A stretch of 64,000 nucleotides of DNA from Bdellovibrionales bacterium (GTDB lineage Bacteria; Bdellovibrionota; Bdellovibrionia; Bdellovibrionales; UBA1609), in the NCBI GenBank assembly GCA_965205945.1, contig CBDBIB010000001.1, positions 128,001 through 192,000 on the forward strand. Reading direction: 5' to 3'. The position numbers and the translations under genes were made by a program. The notes under the pieces are model-generated. The model made no database searches. It was not told where the DNA came from and saw only the letters and a program-made list of their open reading frames with translations. Positions 1 through 10,268 of this stretch are shown in pieces. Every line of letters begins with the position of its first letter. Position 1 is the first letter of the stretch.

Positions 1-1
1 A

Positions 2-478
2 CCACAAAATCTTGCTACGGGAAGAAATAACACTCCAGTAATTGCTATAATTCCTAAAAGTGCATTTAAGAAGACCTCCACAGAAAAAACTGTTAAAACA
101 CCTTTCCCTTTCAGCTTAGTTTGGGGTGAATCTAAACCTATAACAATGCTTCCTTTAGCAAAAGATTTTGTAACTTTTAAAAAAACTGACGTAGAACAAG
201 GTATCTTTGTAGATAATTCAAAACTTTTAGACTTTAAAGTTCTTGCTTACAATGTGAAAACTTTTAATACCAACGGAGAAATTCTTACTGAAGATACCCT
301 TAAAACTATGCAAGATCTAACTTGGCCTTTAGATGTACCTATTAGTCGCATACGCTTAGATGTTTTTGCTCTTGACCCTGATCCTATTATGGAATCAATT
401 AAAAATTCATACCTATTTGATGAAGATTTTTTTAAACAAGTAAAATACATCACTCGATATGAAAAAAACATTAACTAG
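2..478 (+). CDS. Hypothetical protein, C-terminal part (5' end outside window)
   Basis: The frame of ORF 146..478 is open back to base 2 (PQNLATGRNNTPVIAIIP...). No recognisable motif. Confidence 0.6.
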   Translation, partial: PQNLATGRNNTPVIAIIPKSAFKKTSTEKTVKTPFPFSLVWGESKPITMLPLAKDFVTFKKTDVEQGIFVDNSKLLDFKVLAYNVKTFNTNGEILTEDTLKTMQDLTWPLDVPISRIRLDVFALDPDPIMESIKNSYLFDEDFFKQVKYITRYEKNIN

Positions 479-910
479 CTTTTTTTTTTGAGTTTTCTTT
501 TTACATCCCCTAACTCATTTGCAAAGACCTATTCTCAAACCTTTTTAAGTGATTATAATAGTGTTTGGAAAGGACTTTTAATTTCACTTTCAAAATACCC
601 TTTAGATAAAAATGATCAAGAGTCTGGAGAAATAGTCACTTCTTTAATTAAGCCAGGAGTAGCCTTTACACCACTTAACAGAATACCTAATTCAAAAGAG
701 GCTTACCAGCTTTTTATACAGATTCAAAAAAAAGAACTTAACAATAAAAATACTATTCTTGTTAATGTTGAGAAAAAAGCTTTTATTAAAGGCGATTTCA
801 TAAACAAAACACAAGATCTTAAAAGCGATGGTGTTGAGGAAAGTATTGTGTTATATCGAACGACTCGTGAAATTAAAATTGATAAAGCTATTCAGAAAAA
901 TTTTAATTAA
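459..910 (+). CDS. Exported protein (BamC/NlpB-like helix-grip fold possible), frameshifted at a T10 tract in the signal peptide
   Basis: ATG at 459 reads MKKTLTSFFF then TGA. One extra T joins it to ORF 488..910, giving signal peptide MKKTLTSFFFLSFLFTSPNSFA. The mature part has YNSVWKGLLISL...DQESGEIVT. Confidence 0.55.
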
Positions 911-1529
911 CTAACACTACTTTTTTAGCAATCATACGAATCTCTTCATCTGAATCAGTTAAAAGTTCAACCCATTTTTCTGAATGATTAGATCTCTCCA
1001 TCTTTAAAATTGTTTTTACTATTTGTGAACGTATCCATAAACTTTGTCTTTTTTTAAAGTTCTGGCTTTGCTTAAGAGCTTTCCAAAGATTCTGCGTCTC
1101 TTTAGGCCCACCAAGTTCACTAATTACGGCTACAGCCTCTGATCGCACAACTAAAGCATTTGAATTTAAAAGTACTTTTTGAGCAAACTGTAATGCTACA
1201 TCAGGATATTTTTTTTTTAAAACCTTTAAGGCTGCGGACTGTAAAAACCATTCGTTAGAGTTTAAGCATTTTTTTAAAAAAACAATAGCTTGAGGTCTCT
1301 GTTTCAAACCTGCAACCTGATCCACAAGCCTCCATTTTTTTTTAAAAGAAACAGTTTTAGAAAAAACTTTGTTCTCTAAAGATTGTAAATTCTCTCCTTT
1401 TTGAAAAAGTGGATGCTTTCTTCCTGTATTTAAAGACCACAAATCACCAATTGAAGCACCTACAGTCAAACTTAAAAATAATGTTGTTACTATAATATTA
1501 ATTTTCACTAAATCCCCCATATTTTTCAC
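903..1529 (-). CDS. HEAT-repeat protein with N-terminal signal/TM segment
   Basis: Helical repeats WFLQSAALKVL, LVVRSEAVAVISELG, LLTDSDEEIRMIA; hydrophobic N-terminus. Confidence 0.65.
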   Translation of the reverse strand: MKNMGDLVKINIIVTTLFLSLTVGASIGDLWSLNTGRKHPLFQKGENLQSLENKVFSKTVSFKKKWRLVDQVAGLKQRPQAIVFLKKCLNSNEWFLQSAALKVLKKKYPDVALQFAQKVLLNSNALVVRSEAVAVISELGGPKETQNLWKALKQSQNFKKRQSLWIRSQIVKTILKMERSNHSEKWVELLTDSDEEIRMIAKKVVLVN

Positions 1530-1764
1530 TTAATACTAGGATGCTCTCATCATAATCATCACTTTCTTCTTCAATTCCTGTAATAGATGAAAAATCTGGC
1601 TTATCAAAACCATCAAAAAACTCATCAGAACTGTCCATATCTGCATCTTTTTTTAAAAAGCTTATTTGAAATACCGGAAACACATAAGAAAGCATGGACA
1701 AAAATGCAAAGATTGCTCCCAAAGAATATAAAAGCTCGTTTTGATATGTAAAAATAAAATCCAT
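1498..1764 (-). CDS. Small membrane protein with acidic tail
   Basis: One TM segment followed by a D/E-rich tail; overlaps the start of the next gene. Confidence 0.5.
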   Translation of the reverse strand: MDFIFTYQNELLYSLGAIFAFLSMLSYVFPVFQISFLKKDADMDSSDEFFDGFDKPDFSSITGIEEESDDYDESILVLSEKYGGFSEN

Positions 1765-1926
1765 CTTATATATTGTAAACCGAATGTCTTTAATATCAAC
1801 TAAACATGGACGAAGGTTTGCAACTTATACCAATTACACTAAATAATTCCTGAACAAAATCTATAAAGGGTTTTATCTAAAAGAAATTTTAATTCCAATT
1901 TAGAGAGTTCTTTTATAAAACTAGTA

Positions 1927-3237
1927 TTAGGAATAAGGTTTTCCCCTAGGCTCTCCTAAAACATCCCCATCCCTACAAGAAATTCCACCATGGACTATGG
2001 TCATAACAGGCCAACCCGTAACCTTAGTTCCTATAAAAGGACTCCATTTTACTTTTCCTGCTAACCAGTCTAGAGTAATCTCTTTTTTTTTACTTAAATC
2101 TACAACTGTTAAATCCGCCGTTCGTCCTACTTTAATTTCACCCAAACCTTCTAATTCAAAAAGCTCTGCTGGTTTTAACGAAAAAAGCTCAACAAGTCTT
2201 TGTAAACTCAATCTTCCTTCATAAACATGATTAAGCATTAAAGGAAGCATTGTTTGAACCCCTGGAATTCCTGCAGGTGTATTCGGATAATCTTTTGCTT
2301 TTTCCTCTAACGTATGAGGGGCATGATCAGAACCAATTACATCAACAAGCCCTGAGTTTAAAGCTTTCCATAAAGCTTTTTGATGCCTTTTTGTTCTAAC
2401 CGGAGGATTCATCTGCGCATGTGTTCCATACATCTGATAACATTCAGGGGCAAAAAGTGTTAAATGCTGAGGTGTCACCTCAACAGACATTCTTTTATAT
2501 TTTTGAATTCTTAAAAAGTCCATCTCCTCTTCTGTTGAAACATGAAGTAGGTGTAATTTTGCATTATATTTTCTAGATAATCTTACGATTTGTTTTGTAG
2601 ATTCTAAAGCCACCTCTTCATTTCTCCACTTAAGATGATGCTCTATAGGATACTTTTTATCTTGATATGGGAAAAACTTTTTTCTTCTTTGAAGAAGAAT
2701 TCTTTCACTCTCTGAATGAACTGCAAACCTTCCCTTAACTGTTGAAGCAATTTTATCTAAATGCTCCTCTTCACTGACTAAAAGAGATCCAGTTGAAGAT
2801 CCCATAAAGATTTTAACTCCACAAACACCTTTAAGGTTTTCTAAAAAGCTAAGTTTTTCAATATTATTATGAGTGGCACCTATATAAAAAAAATAATTCG
2901 TCCATACCGTTCCTTCACATCTTGCAAGCTTATCACTTAGAGCAACAACATTTGTTGTTGGTGGAATTGTATTAGGCATTTCAAAAAATCCAGTAACACC
3001 ACCTAAAAGAGCCTGGCGACTTCCTGTAACTAAATCCTCTTTATGAGTTAAACCTGGCTCTCTAAAGTGAACCTGACTGTCAATCATTCCTGGTAGAACT
3101 GTCAGTCCTGGGATTTTAACTTCTATTGCCTTTGCAAAAGGTTCTGAAATCTTTCCATCTTTAATATAGATCTCTTCAGATAAAAGCTTTCCCTCTTTAT
3201 AAACCCTTCCACCCCTTAAAACCATATTCATAGCCAT
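1927..3237 (-). CDS. pyrC: Dihydroorotase (amidohydrolase family)
   Basis: PGMIDSQVHFREPG, EMPNT, NPPVR and GSDHAPH motifs. Confidence 0.9.
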   Translation of the reverse strand: MAMNMVLRGGRVYKEGKLLSEEIYIKDGKISEPFAKAIEVKIPGLTVLPGMIDSQVHFREPGLTHKEDLVTGSRQALLGGVTGFFEMPNTIPPTTNVVALSDKLARCEGTVWTNYFFYIGATHNNIEKLSFLENLKGVCGVKIFMGSSTGSLLVSEEEHLDKIASTVKGRFAVHSESERILLQRRKKFFPYQDKKYPIEHHLKWRNEEVALESTKQIVRLSRKYNAKLHLLHVSTEEEMDFLRIQKYKRMSVEVTPQHLTLFAPECYQMYGTHAQMNPPVRTKRHQKALWKALNSGLVDVIGSDHAPHTLEEKAKDYPNTPAGIPGVQTMLPLMLNHVYEGRLSLQRLVELFSLKPAELFELEGLGEIKVGRTADLTVVDLSKKKEITLDWLAGKVKWSPFIGTKVTGWPVMTIVHGGISCRDGDVLGEPRGKPYS

Positions 3238-4389
3238 CTATCTCCTTCTCATCCGCGCCATATAAAAACCATCAAAGTTATTCTGCCCTACAAAATTAGA
3301 TACTTCCTCTTCTAATTCAAATTCACTGTGTTTCTCTAAAAAATTTTCAACTTGATTAGTGTTTTCTGATGGAAAAACAGAGCATGTTGCATAAATCATT
3401 TTCCCACCTTCTTTAACCAACTTTGAGTGCATATTTAAAAGTTCTTCTTGAATTTTTAAAACCCTTTGATGCTCTTGCTTAGAAAAAAACAGTTTTTTCT
3501 CAGGCTTTCTTCTATATGTGCCTGAGCCTGTACAAGGCACATCAAGTAAAAGTCTATCAAATTTTCCTGCCATTCTTTTAATTGTTTTTGCTCCTACAAT
3601 CTCTTTTATTATAATATTTTGACTTTTTGCACGCTTAGCTCTTTTTTTAAGCTCATCAAGCTTTTTTGAAAAAATATCCATAGCCACAATAGTGCCTGTA
3701 TTTTGCATTAAAGATGATATATGTAATGTCTTTCCTCCGGCTCCAGCGCAAGAATCTGCAACCCTCATACCTTTTTCAAGCTGCATAAAACAAGCCACTC
3801 CCTGTGATGCGCCATCTTGAATTTCAAAAAAACCAACCTTAAATAATGGAGAAGTAAAAATATTTTTTCTCTCACTTAACTTAATACAACCAGCTTTAAC
3901 CAATTCTACATTTAATCCTTCAGCTTTTAAAAGTTTAAGACATCTTTCATCAGAAATTAAATTTAAATTCACTCTTAAAAAAACAGCTGCTTTTTTAGAA
4001 GAATTTTTTAGAAAACTTAACTTCTTCTCCTCTGACATTTCAGTTTTTAATAACTCTTCAAGATCTTTTGAAATAGAGTAGATCATTCTTTCTAAACTTG
4101 GAGTACTCTTAAAACCTTGAACATATAAACCTACAACTCTTAAAATATCTTCTTTTGTCACATCATTAAAATTAAATTTCTTAATAGCTGCAAAATAAAC
4201 TCCTGCATGCCTTATAATCTCATAAAAGGCTTCTGCAAAAGCCTTTCTATCTCTAGATCCCCATTTTTTATTATTTTTAAAACTATAATTAACAACTTTT
4301 GAACCTGCTGACTTATTCTTAAATAGATAAAAAAGACTTGCTATAAGCTGTCTTTGAATAGGTGGAAACAACTTAACTACATCTGCCAT
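3238..4389 (-). CDS. RsmB/NOP family RNA m5C methyltransferase
   Basis: EIQDGASQ, DSCAGAGGKT, LLDVPCTGSG and YATCS motifs. Confidence 0.88.
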   Translation of the reverse strand: MADVVKLFPPIQRQLIASLFYLFKNKSAGSKVVNYSFKNNKKWGSRDRKAFAEAFYEIIRHAGVYFAAIKKFNFNDVTKEDILRVVGLYVQGFKSTPSLERMIYSISKDLEELLKTEMSEEKKLSFLKNSSKKAAVFLRVNLNLISDERCLKLLKAEGLNVELVKAGCIKLSERKNIFTSPLFKVGFFEIQDGASQGVACFMQLEKGMRVADSCAGAGGKTLHISSLMQNTGTIVAMDIFSKKLDELKKRAKRAKSQNIIIKEIVGAKTIKRMAGKFDRLLLDVPCTGSGTYRRKPEKKLFFSKQEHQRVLKIQEELLNMHSKLVKEGGKMIYATCSVFPSENTNQVENFLEKHSEFELEEEVSNFVGQNNFDGFYMARMRRR

Positions 4390-4413
4390 ATTAAACCTTT
4401 TAGTCTTAATAAG

Positions 4414-5052
4414 TTAGAATTCAAATCTTAACGAAAAACCCACACCATCACCATGATAATCTGTCTTAAAGTACTCGTTGCGTCTATAATAAAGACGAGC
4501 TGAAAATAATCTCCTCTGACTCCATTTGTTTGAATAAACAACACCTGTTTTAAGCGCTAAAAGGCTGCCTTTTTTAGAGCTATTAAATATATGACCCATC
4601 CCTGCTGAAATTTCAGGGCTAAAATAAAAAAACTGACTAGATAACTGAACACTATGAAATAAAAAAAGCCCTTGACCATAGGCTCTTTTAATATTTTTAA
4701 ACTTATCTTCACCTAAAGAGCGTGTATTAAACTGAATATACTCAAAATAAAGACTTTGTTGAAAGCGCCTAGATTGTACAAAAGAAGCCCCTAACTCTAC
4801 TGAATAGTGCCTAGAACCAAAAAATTCTCCAACTCCAAAAGATATTAAGTACTTTGATGAATATAATATTATATTATTTAAACTATCTGTAAAACTTGAT
4901 AATTTTTCTAAATCCTGACTTTCTTTAGCCTGCTTACTTTTTTCTCTAAATATAAAATACTCTTTAGCTTCTTCATAACCTCTTTCTTCAGCACCTGCTG
5001 AATTTAAAAAAAGAGTATTTATAAAAAAAAATCCTGCTAGAAAAATAATCAC
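4414..5052 (-). CDS. Putative outer-membrane beta-barrel protein
   Basis: Signal peptide, alternating aromatic strands, C-terminal GFSLRFEF. Confidence 0.55.
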   Translation of the reverse strand: MIIFLAGFFFINTLFLNSAGAEERGYEEAKEYFIFREKSKQAKESQDLEKLSSFTDSLNNIILYSSKYLISFGVGEFFGSRHYSVELGASFVQSRRFQQSLYFEYIQFNTRSLGEDKFKNIKRAYGQGLFLFHSVQLSSQFFYFSPEISAGMGHIFNSSKKGSLLALKTGVVYSNKWSQRRLFSARLYYRRNEYFKTDYHGDGVGFSLRFEF

Positions 5053-5194
5053 CTTAAATATTATCTCAATGAAATTTATTTAAATCCAGTCAATCCCAAA
5101 CCTAATGTCTAGACACTAGGCTTTTAAAATTAAAATCCTCTTAAGAAAAGCTCTTGAACAAATTTAATCTAACTATTAATTTACTTTTTTAACC

Positions 5195-5656
5195 ATGGAG
5201 CAGACTTTGAAATGTCCAGAATGCAGGAATGACACAACTAGAGTCCAAGACTCTAGGCCCATAAAGGACAATACCTCTGTTAGACGAAGGCGCCTTTGCT
5301 CTCATTGTAAGTTAAAGTTCTTAACTAAGAAAATCATTCTTATTAATCTTCCTATGGTCATTAAAAAAGACAGAAAACGTGAACCTTTTTCAAGAGCTAA
5401 AGTTGAAAAAAGCCTCTACACTTCCTGTCAAAAAAGACCTATTAGTAAACAACGAATTAACAGTCTTGTTACAGACTTACTAAAGAAAATCTCTCAAAGA
5501 GGAAGCCCTGAATTAAATTCTGATATAATTAGACGCTATGTAATGGCCGAGTTAAAAAAACTAGGTGAAGTTGCCTATGTTTGTTTTGCAAGCGCATATA
5601 TGACTTTTAAAGAAGTGAATAATTTTTCTGCATCTATTAGGAGTAATATAGTTTGA
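5195..5656 (+). CDS. nrdR: Transcriptional repressor NrdR (degenerate at several conserved positions)
   Basis: CPEC...DSR...RRRRLCSHC zinc ribbon; ATP-cone VIKKDRKREPF; EVAYVCFASAY. Confidence 0.85.
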   Translation: MEQTLKCPECRNDTTRVQDSRPIKDNTSVRRRRLCSHCKLKFLTKKIILINLPMVIKKDRKREPFSRAKVEKSLYTSCQKRPISKQRINSLVTDLLKKISQRGSPELNSDIIRRYVMAELKKLGEVAYVCFASAYMTFKEVNNFSASIRSNIV

Positions 5657-6069
5657 TTAAACAAAGAGATGGCCGTGAGATGGCTTTAAAATTTTTATTT
5701 TGCCAAGAGTTTGCCTCTCCTGAGAGTATAGACTTATCTCTTTATGAAAAACTTACACTATTTCAAAACTCATTTAAAGCACAAGATTCTGTATGGAAAT
5801 TTACCCGACAAATTCTTCTTGGATTTGAAGTAAACCGGGAAGCAATTAATAAAAAAATTAAAACCAATCTTGTAAACTGGAGCATGAAAAGACTTTCTAT
5901 AACTGATAAAAGTATTTTAAGAATTGCTATTACTGAAATGCTTTTTCTAGATACTCCTGTAAAAGTTGCTATTAATGAAGCTGTAGATTTAAGTAAAAAA
6001 TATTCTACAAAAGAATCCTCTGCTTTTATAAATGGTCTTTTAGATACTGTTTTAACAATGGAGGCATAA
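5653..6069 (+). CDS. nusB: Transcription antitermination factor NusB
   Basis: REMALKFL, WSMKRLSITDKSILR, VAINEAVDLSKKYS, FINGLLD. Confidence 0.93.
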   Translation: MIKQRDGREMALKFLFCQEFASPESIDLSLYEKLTLFQNSFKAQDSVWKFTRQILLGFEVNREAINKKIKTNLVNWSMKRLSITDKSILRIAITEMLFLDTPVKVAINEAVDLSKKYSTKESSAFINGLLDTVLTMEA

Positions 6070-6521
6070 TGGATGAGTCTTTTAAAAGCCTTCCACCTAA
6101 ACTTTTTCTAAAACTAAACTCCCTAAAACTAGAAAAACCTGGGATTTTATGGATACCTCCTCTTAAGCAAGACCCTATTACAACAAAATTAGATTGGCTT
6201 TCAGGCTTACAAATCTCAAACCTTGAATATACAAGATCACGTACATGGCCTAAAACTTTAAAAACCTTTGTCTCTGAATACAACTTACCTCTTGATGAAC
6301 AGCCCACATCTAACCATTCAAATACTTTAATCTTTAATCTTCCAAAAGGCTTTAAAGCTTCACTAGGCCTTATTATTAAAAACTCTGATTGGAATAGTCG
6401 TGAAGATGTTTATAACCGCTATATAGTGGCTTGTGCATCTTTTAAAACTAGTTTTTTTATTCAAAGCCTTGATTTCTGGTCCTCTCCAGAAATTACCAAC
6501 GTAGAATGGATCAAGGTCTAA
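6069..6521 (+). CDS. Hypothetical protein
   Basis: Start overlaps the nusB stop (TAATG) and the gene abuts the next one, so likely operonic. Confidence 0.55.
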   Translation: MDESFKSLPPKLFLKLNSLKLEKPGILWIPPLKQDPITTKLDWLSGLQISNLEYTRSRTWPKTLKTFVSEYNLPLDEQPTSNHSNTLIFNLPKGFKASLGLIIKNSDWNSREDVYNRYIVACASFKTSFFIQSLDFWSSPEITNVEWIKV

Positions 6522-7379
6522 ATGCCTAAAGAAAGTCTAAATGCTAAGGCTATTTATGTTTTATCTGATGGAACAGGAGAGACTGCAACATTAATACTAA
6601 AGGCCGCCTTAATTCAATTTAAAGAACCTAATCTAAAATTTTTTAGATACAAAAATGTTAGGAATAAAAGCCAACTTCTTTCCATACTAGACCACCTTCC
6701 AGAACAAAATGGAATTATTATTCACACTCTAGTCTCTCCTACACTTAGAGTTCTTCTTTTAAAAGAAACTCAACAAAGAAATCTTTTATCAGTTGATATT
6801 CTAGGCCCTTTACTAGAAAAGTTAAGCTCTCTTTTTAAAATCGACACTAATCAAAATAACTCTATTCCAGGAGAACTTAGAACTGTTAATGAAGAGTATT
6901 TTAAAAAAATTGCAGCCATTGAATTCGCTGTTCGTTACGATGATGGAAAACTTTTAGAAGGCATTGAAAAAGCTAATATCGTATTAGTAGGAATTAGCCG
7001 AACAAGTAAAACTCCACTTTCTATCTTTTTAAGCTATAAAGGCTTAAAAGTAGCAAATATTCCCTTAGTTTTAGGACAACCTGTACCTGAAGAACTATTT
7101 AAAATTGACCAGAAAAAAATTGTTGGTCTTAAGATTGAAATTGAAGCTCTGCAAAGAATTAGAATAAAGAGGCTTAAAAAATTTAGCCAAAACCCCCATG
7201 GAAACTACGCAAGTCTTTCTCATATTAGTAAAGAAATCCAGTATGCAGAAGATTTGTTTGCAAAAAATAAACGCTGGCCAGTGATCAATGTCACCGATAG
7301 AGCACTTGAAGAAACTGCAGCAGAAATTGCACGCATAGTTTCTTCAAGATTAGACTTAAAAGAAGATTTTTTCTTCTAA
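6522..7379 (+). CDS. PEP synthase/pyruvate phosphate dikinase regulatory kinase-pyrophosphorylase (DUF299)
   Basis: LSDGTGETA, AIEFAVRYDDG, GISRTSKTPLS, ALEETA. Confidence 0.92.
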   Translation: MPKESLNAKAIYVLSDGTGETATLILKAALIQFKEPNLKFFRYKNVRNKSQLLSILDHLPEQNGIIIHTLVSPTLRVLLLKETQQRNLLSVDILGPLLEKLSSLFKIDTNQNNSIPGELRTVNEEYFKKIAAIEFAVRYDDGKLLEGIEKANIVLVGISRTSKTPLSIFLSYKGLKVANIPLVLGQPVPEELFKIDQKKIVGLKIEIEALQRIRIKRLKKFSQNPHGNYASLSHISKEIQYAEDLFAKNKRWPVINVTDRALEETAAEIARIVSSRLDLKEDFFF

Positions 7380-8281
7380 CTAAGAACTTGTTGTCTTAAA
7401 GCTCTAAATAAAACCTCAACGATCTCATTTTGTGCTATATCTTTTCTATAATAAAAATTAATTGGTGTTGTAAATTTAATATTCTCAACCATAATTCTTG
7501 ACAAACGATTTGCTCTAACCTGCTTATGAATAGCATGTGAAGGTAAAAAGCCCCAACCAAGACCTGATTCAACCACCCTTTTTAAAGTTCCTACATTATC
7601 ACTTTGAAAAACAGGATGGATTTTCACACCCACTTTATTCAAATGCGCATTTAATTCATATTGAAATCCTAAATATTTATCTGTGTAAAGGACAGTAGGT
7701 CTATTTGCAAATTCAGAAAGCTCAATAGTTTGTGGAAGACTCATATCCTTACCTGAACCGACAAGCCACATTTCATCTAATAATATAAACTTTGACCCAT
7801 AATTTTTAAAAAATGTTTTTTGTTCCTCATCTAAAGGTTCAGGTAAAATGACCAAATCAATTTCATCATCTTTTAAATCCTGTATTAACTCAGATGTAGA
7901 GCCATAATTAAGTTTAAAGTTTAATTTAGAATTGTGCTTTAAAAACAGTCCTATAATTGGGCTCAATAAATAAAGCCCTAAAGAATTTAAAGTTCCTAAC
8001 CTAATATCTCCTACAAGTTCTGTAGATATAGCTTGCAGTGCCACTTCAGCTTGCTGGGTTAATTGAAGAATTCTTTTTGAATAGTCATAAAGAAGCTGCC
8101 CTTGTAGCGTTGGCTTTATTTTTCTAACCCCTCTTACTAAAAGTTCGCAGTTCACCTCTTCTTCTAAGTTTCTAATCTGCTGACTTACTGCAGGCTGGGT
8201 TAAGAAAAGTTTTTCTGCAGCAGCAGTCATACTTCCCTCGCTTACTACTGTAACAAAAGTTGAAAGTTGTTGAAAATTCAA
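7376..8281 (-). CDS. LysR-type transcriptional regulator
   Basis: N-terminal HTH GSMTAAAEKLFLTQPAVSQQIRNLEEE; 301 aa. Confidence 0.95.
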   Translation of the reverse strand: MNFQQLSTFVTVVSEGSMTAAAEKLFLTQPAVSQQIRNLEEEVNCELLVRGVRKIKPTLQGQLLYDYSKRILQLTQQAEVALQAISTELVGDIRLGTLNSLGLYLLSPIIGLFLKHNSKLNFKLNYGSTSELIQDLKDDEIDLVILPEPLDEEQKTFFKNYGSKFILLDEMWLVGSGKDMSLPQTIELSEFANRPTVLYTDKYLGFQYELNAHLNKVGVKIHPVFQSDNVGTLKRVVESGLGWGFLPSHAIHKQVRANRLSRIMVENIKFTTPINFYYRKDIAQNEIVEVLFRALRQQVLS

Positions 8282-8329
8282 AATTTACCTGCCCTGTTAA
8301 ATTTTTTATAACTGATAGCCATATTTAAA

Positions 8330-8347
8330 TATATAACGCGTTATATA
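8330..8347. promoter_or_regulatory. Perfect 18-bp palindrome, candidate operator
   Basis: TATATAACGCGTTATATA, 49 bp upstream of the LysR start, in the divergent LysR/subtilase spacer. Confidence 0.35.
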
Positions 8348-8570
8348 AGTCAAATAACTATTTCTCCGCCTCTCTCTTATATATGTAAATACTTATTTTT
8401 ACTCGGCTTTATAGCTATAAATATTATTTATGACCACATAAAAATTATACTAATAGTTATTAAATTCTTAGTCTAGTAAAAATTACACATCTTAAAGGGA
8501 CTGAGCCTAATAACTCTCTGCCTTAATAGGTTCATAGTTTAATAAAAACTATAAAAAAGAAAGGTGATTT

Positions 8571-10268
8571 ATGAAAAAATTCGTTTTTACAATATCTTTA
8601 TTAGCATTGTTATTTTTAAGTAGTTGTGGAAAAAATTATGAGAGCCAAATAGAAACAAAGGCGCCAAAAACAGACCTTCAAATAAACAAATCTTTAATAG
8701 CCCTAAGAATCTTTGAAAAAAACGTCTCAGACCTCATGGCTAAGAATCCACAGGCTAAAGTAAGGGTTTTAGGCAAAGACACCTTTGAATTTAGAGGCCT
8801 TGAAAAAAAACAAATTCTTAAAGTTGCTCCTTTAGCAATTGTTGAATCAAACAAATTTATAAATATTCAATCTAAAACTATAAATAAAAAGCAGTTTGTA
8901 AACAATATCTTAAGTACAAACCCCTTTGTAAAATTTGCCCCTAAATTCTGTACTAAAAATTATACTTTAAACGTTCCAGAGATTAAAATTTCTAACGCTT
9001 TACTTGATGATAGTTTTCATGCACATCAGGCTTTAAAGCTTAGCTTTAAAGCCCCTTTATCAGAAATTTTAACCTCTTGGTATCTAATCCCACCCATGGG
9101 CTCAAACCTTAATATTTATTTTAACGATAGTAAAACCCTACATTTCACTCCAGACATGCCAGGCTCTTATAGTGTTGCACTTTTTTTAAAAAAAGGTGAT
9201 GGATGTAATGTCCGCTTCAAAGAGTTTACTGTGACTTTAAACTCCTCTTTTATTCCAACTTTATTACCAAGAGATCTTTCTAGTTTAAATGCTCTTTCAA
9301 AACAAGATTTTATACAAATCTCCACTACTAATTCTAATAAAGCACGAAAACTTTTAACTGGTAAAAATAAGGTTATTGTCGCTGTTTTAGATACTGGTGT
9401 GAATTACAACCACCCTACTTTAAAAGACAATATGTGGATAAACACTGACGAAATTGATGGCGACGGAATTGACAATGACTCTAATGGCTACATTGATGAT
9501 ATTGTTGGCTTTGACTTTGAAAATGCCGATGCAATGCCAATGGATGATTCCGGTCACGGGAGCCACGTAGCTGGTCTTATTGCAGGCAAATATATAGGTA
9601 CTGGAAACATGCCCAATGTTAAAATAATGGCTCTTAAATCTGGATCAAGAAGAATAGATGTAGGTTCAGTGATTAAAGGTTTTAATTACGCCATTGATAA
9701 TGGAGCCAATATAATAAATATGTCTTTTGGAGGTAGGAATAGAGGTAAAATTTTTGAAAATACTATAAAAAAAGCTTCCGATGCTGGTATTTTAATTGTT
9801 GCAGCTTCTGGAAATGGAAATCCTAGTAATGGTCTAGGCATGAATAATGATATTACTCCATTTTTTCCAGCATCTTATAACTCAGCCAATATTTTATCTG
9901 TAGCTGCTTGTAAAGCTAATGGTTCTCTAACTCAATACTCCAACTATGGTCAAACTCAAGTTGATATTGCCGCTGTTGGTGGCTACTATGATAGATTTAA
10001 CAAAACTAAAAAATTTCTTAAATCAGCACACTTAGAAAATCCAAAAGGCTTGCTTCTTAAATCTATGTTTGGAACTTCAATGGCCACACCTATTGTCTCT
10101 GGTATTGCCTCCTTAATGTTAAGTGAGAATCCAAATCTTAGCCCATCAGATATAATAGATATTATGATGAGAACAGGAAAAAAATCTCTTTCCTTACGTG
10201 AAGTAATCACCTCTGAGGCTGCAGTAGACGGCCAAGCTGCTATTTTGTTTATACAAAACTTATTTTAA
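8571..10268 (+). CDS. S8 subtilisin-like serine protease, lipoprotein
   Basis: Lipobox LSSC; catalytic triad VLDTG / GHGSHVAG / GTSMATP; DGIDNDSNGYIDD calcium loop. Confidence 0.92.
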   Translation: MKKFVFTISLLALLFLSSCGKNYESQIETKAPKTDLQINKSLIALRIFEKNVSDLMAKNPQAKVRVLGKDTFEFRGLEKKQILKVAPLAIVESNKFINIQSKTINKKQFVNNILSTNPFVKFAPKFCTKNYTLNVPEIKISNALLDDSFHAHQALKLSFKAPLSEILTSWYLIPPMGSNLNIYFNDSKTLHFTPDMPGSYSVALFLKKGDGCNVRFKEFTVTLNSSFIPTLLPRDLSSLNALSKQDFIQISTTNSNKARKLLTGKNKVIVAVLDTGVNYNHPTLKDNMWINTDEIDGDGIDNDSNGYIDDIVGFDFENADAMPMDDSGHGSHVAGLIAGKYIGTGNMPNVKIMALKSGSRRIDVGSVIKGFNYAIDNGANIINMSFGGRNRGKIFENTIKKASDAGILIVAASGNGNPSNGLGMNNDITPFFPASYNSANILSVAACKANGSLTQYSNYGQTQVDIAAVGGYYDRFNKTKKFLKSAHLENPKGLLLKSMFGTSMATPIVSGIASLMLSENPNLSPSDIIDIMMRTGKKSLSLREVITSEAAVDGQAAILFIQNLF

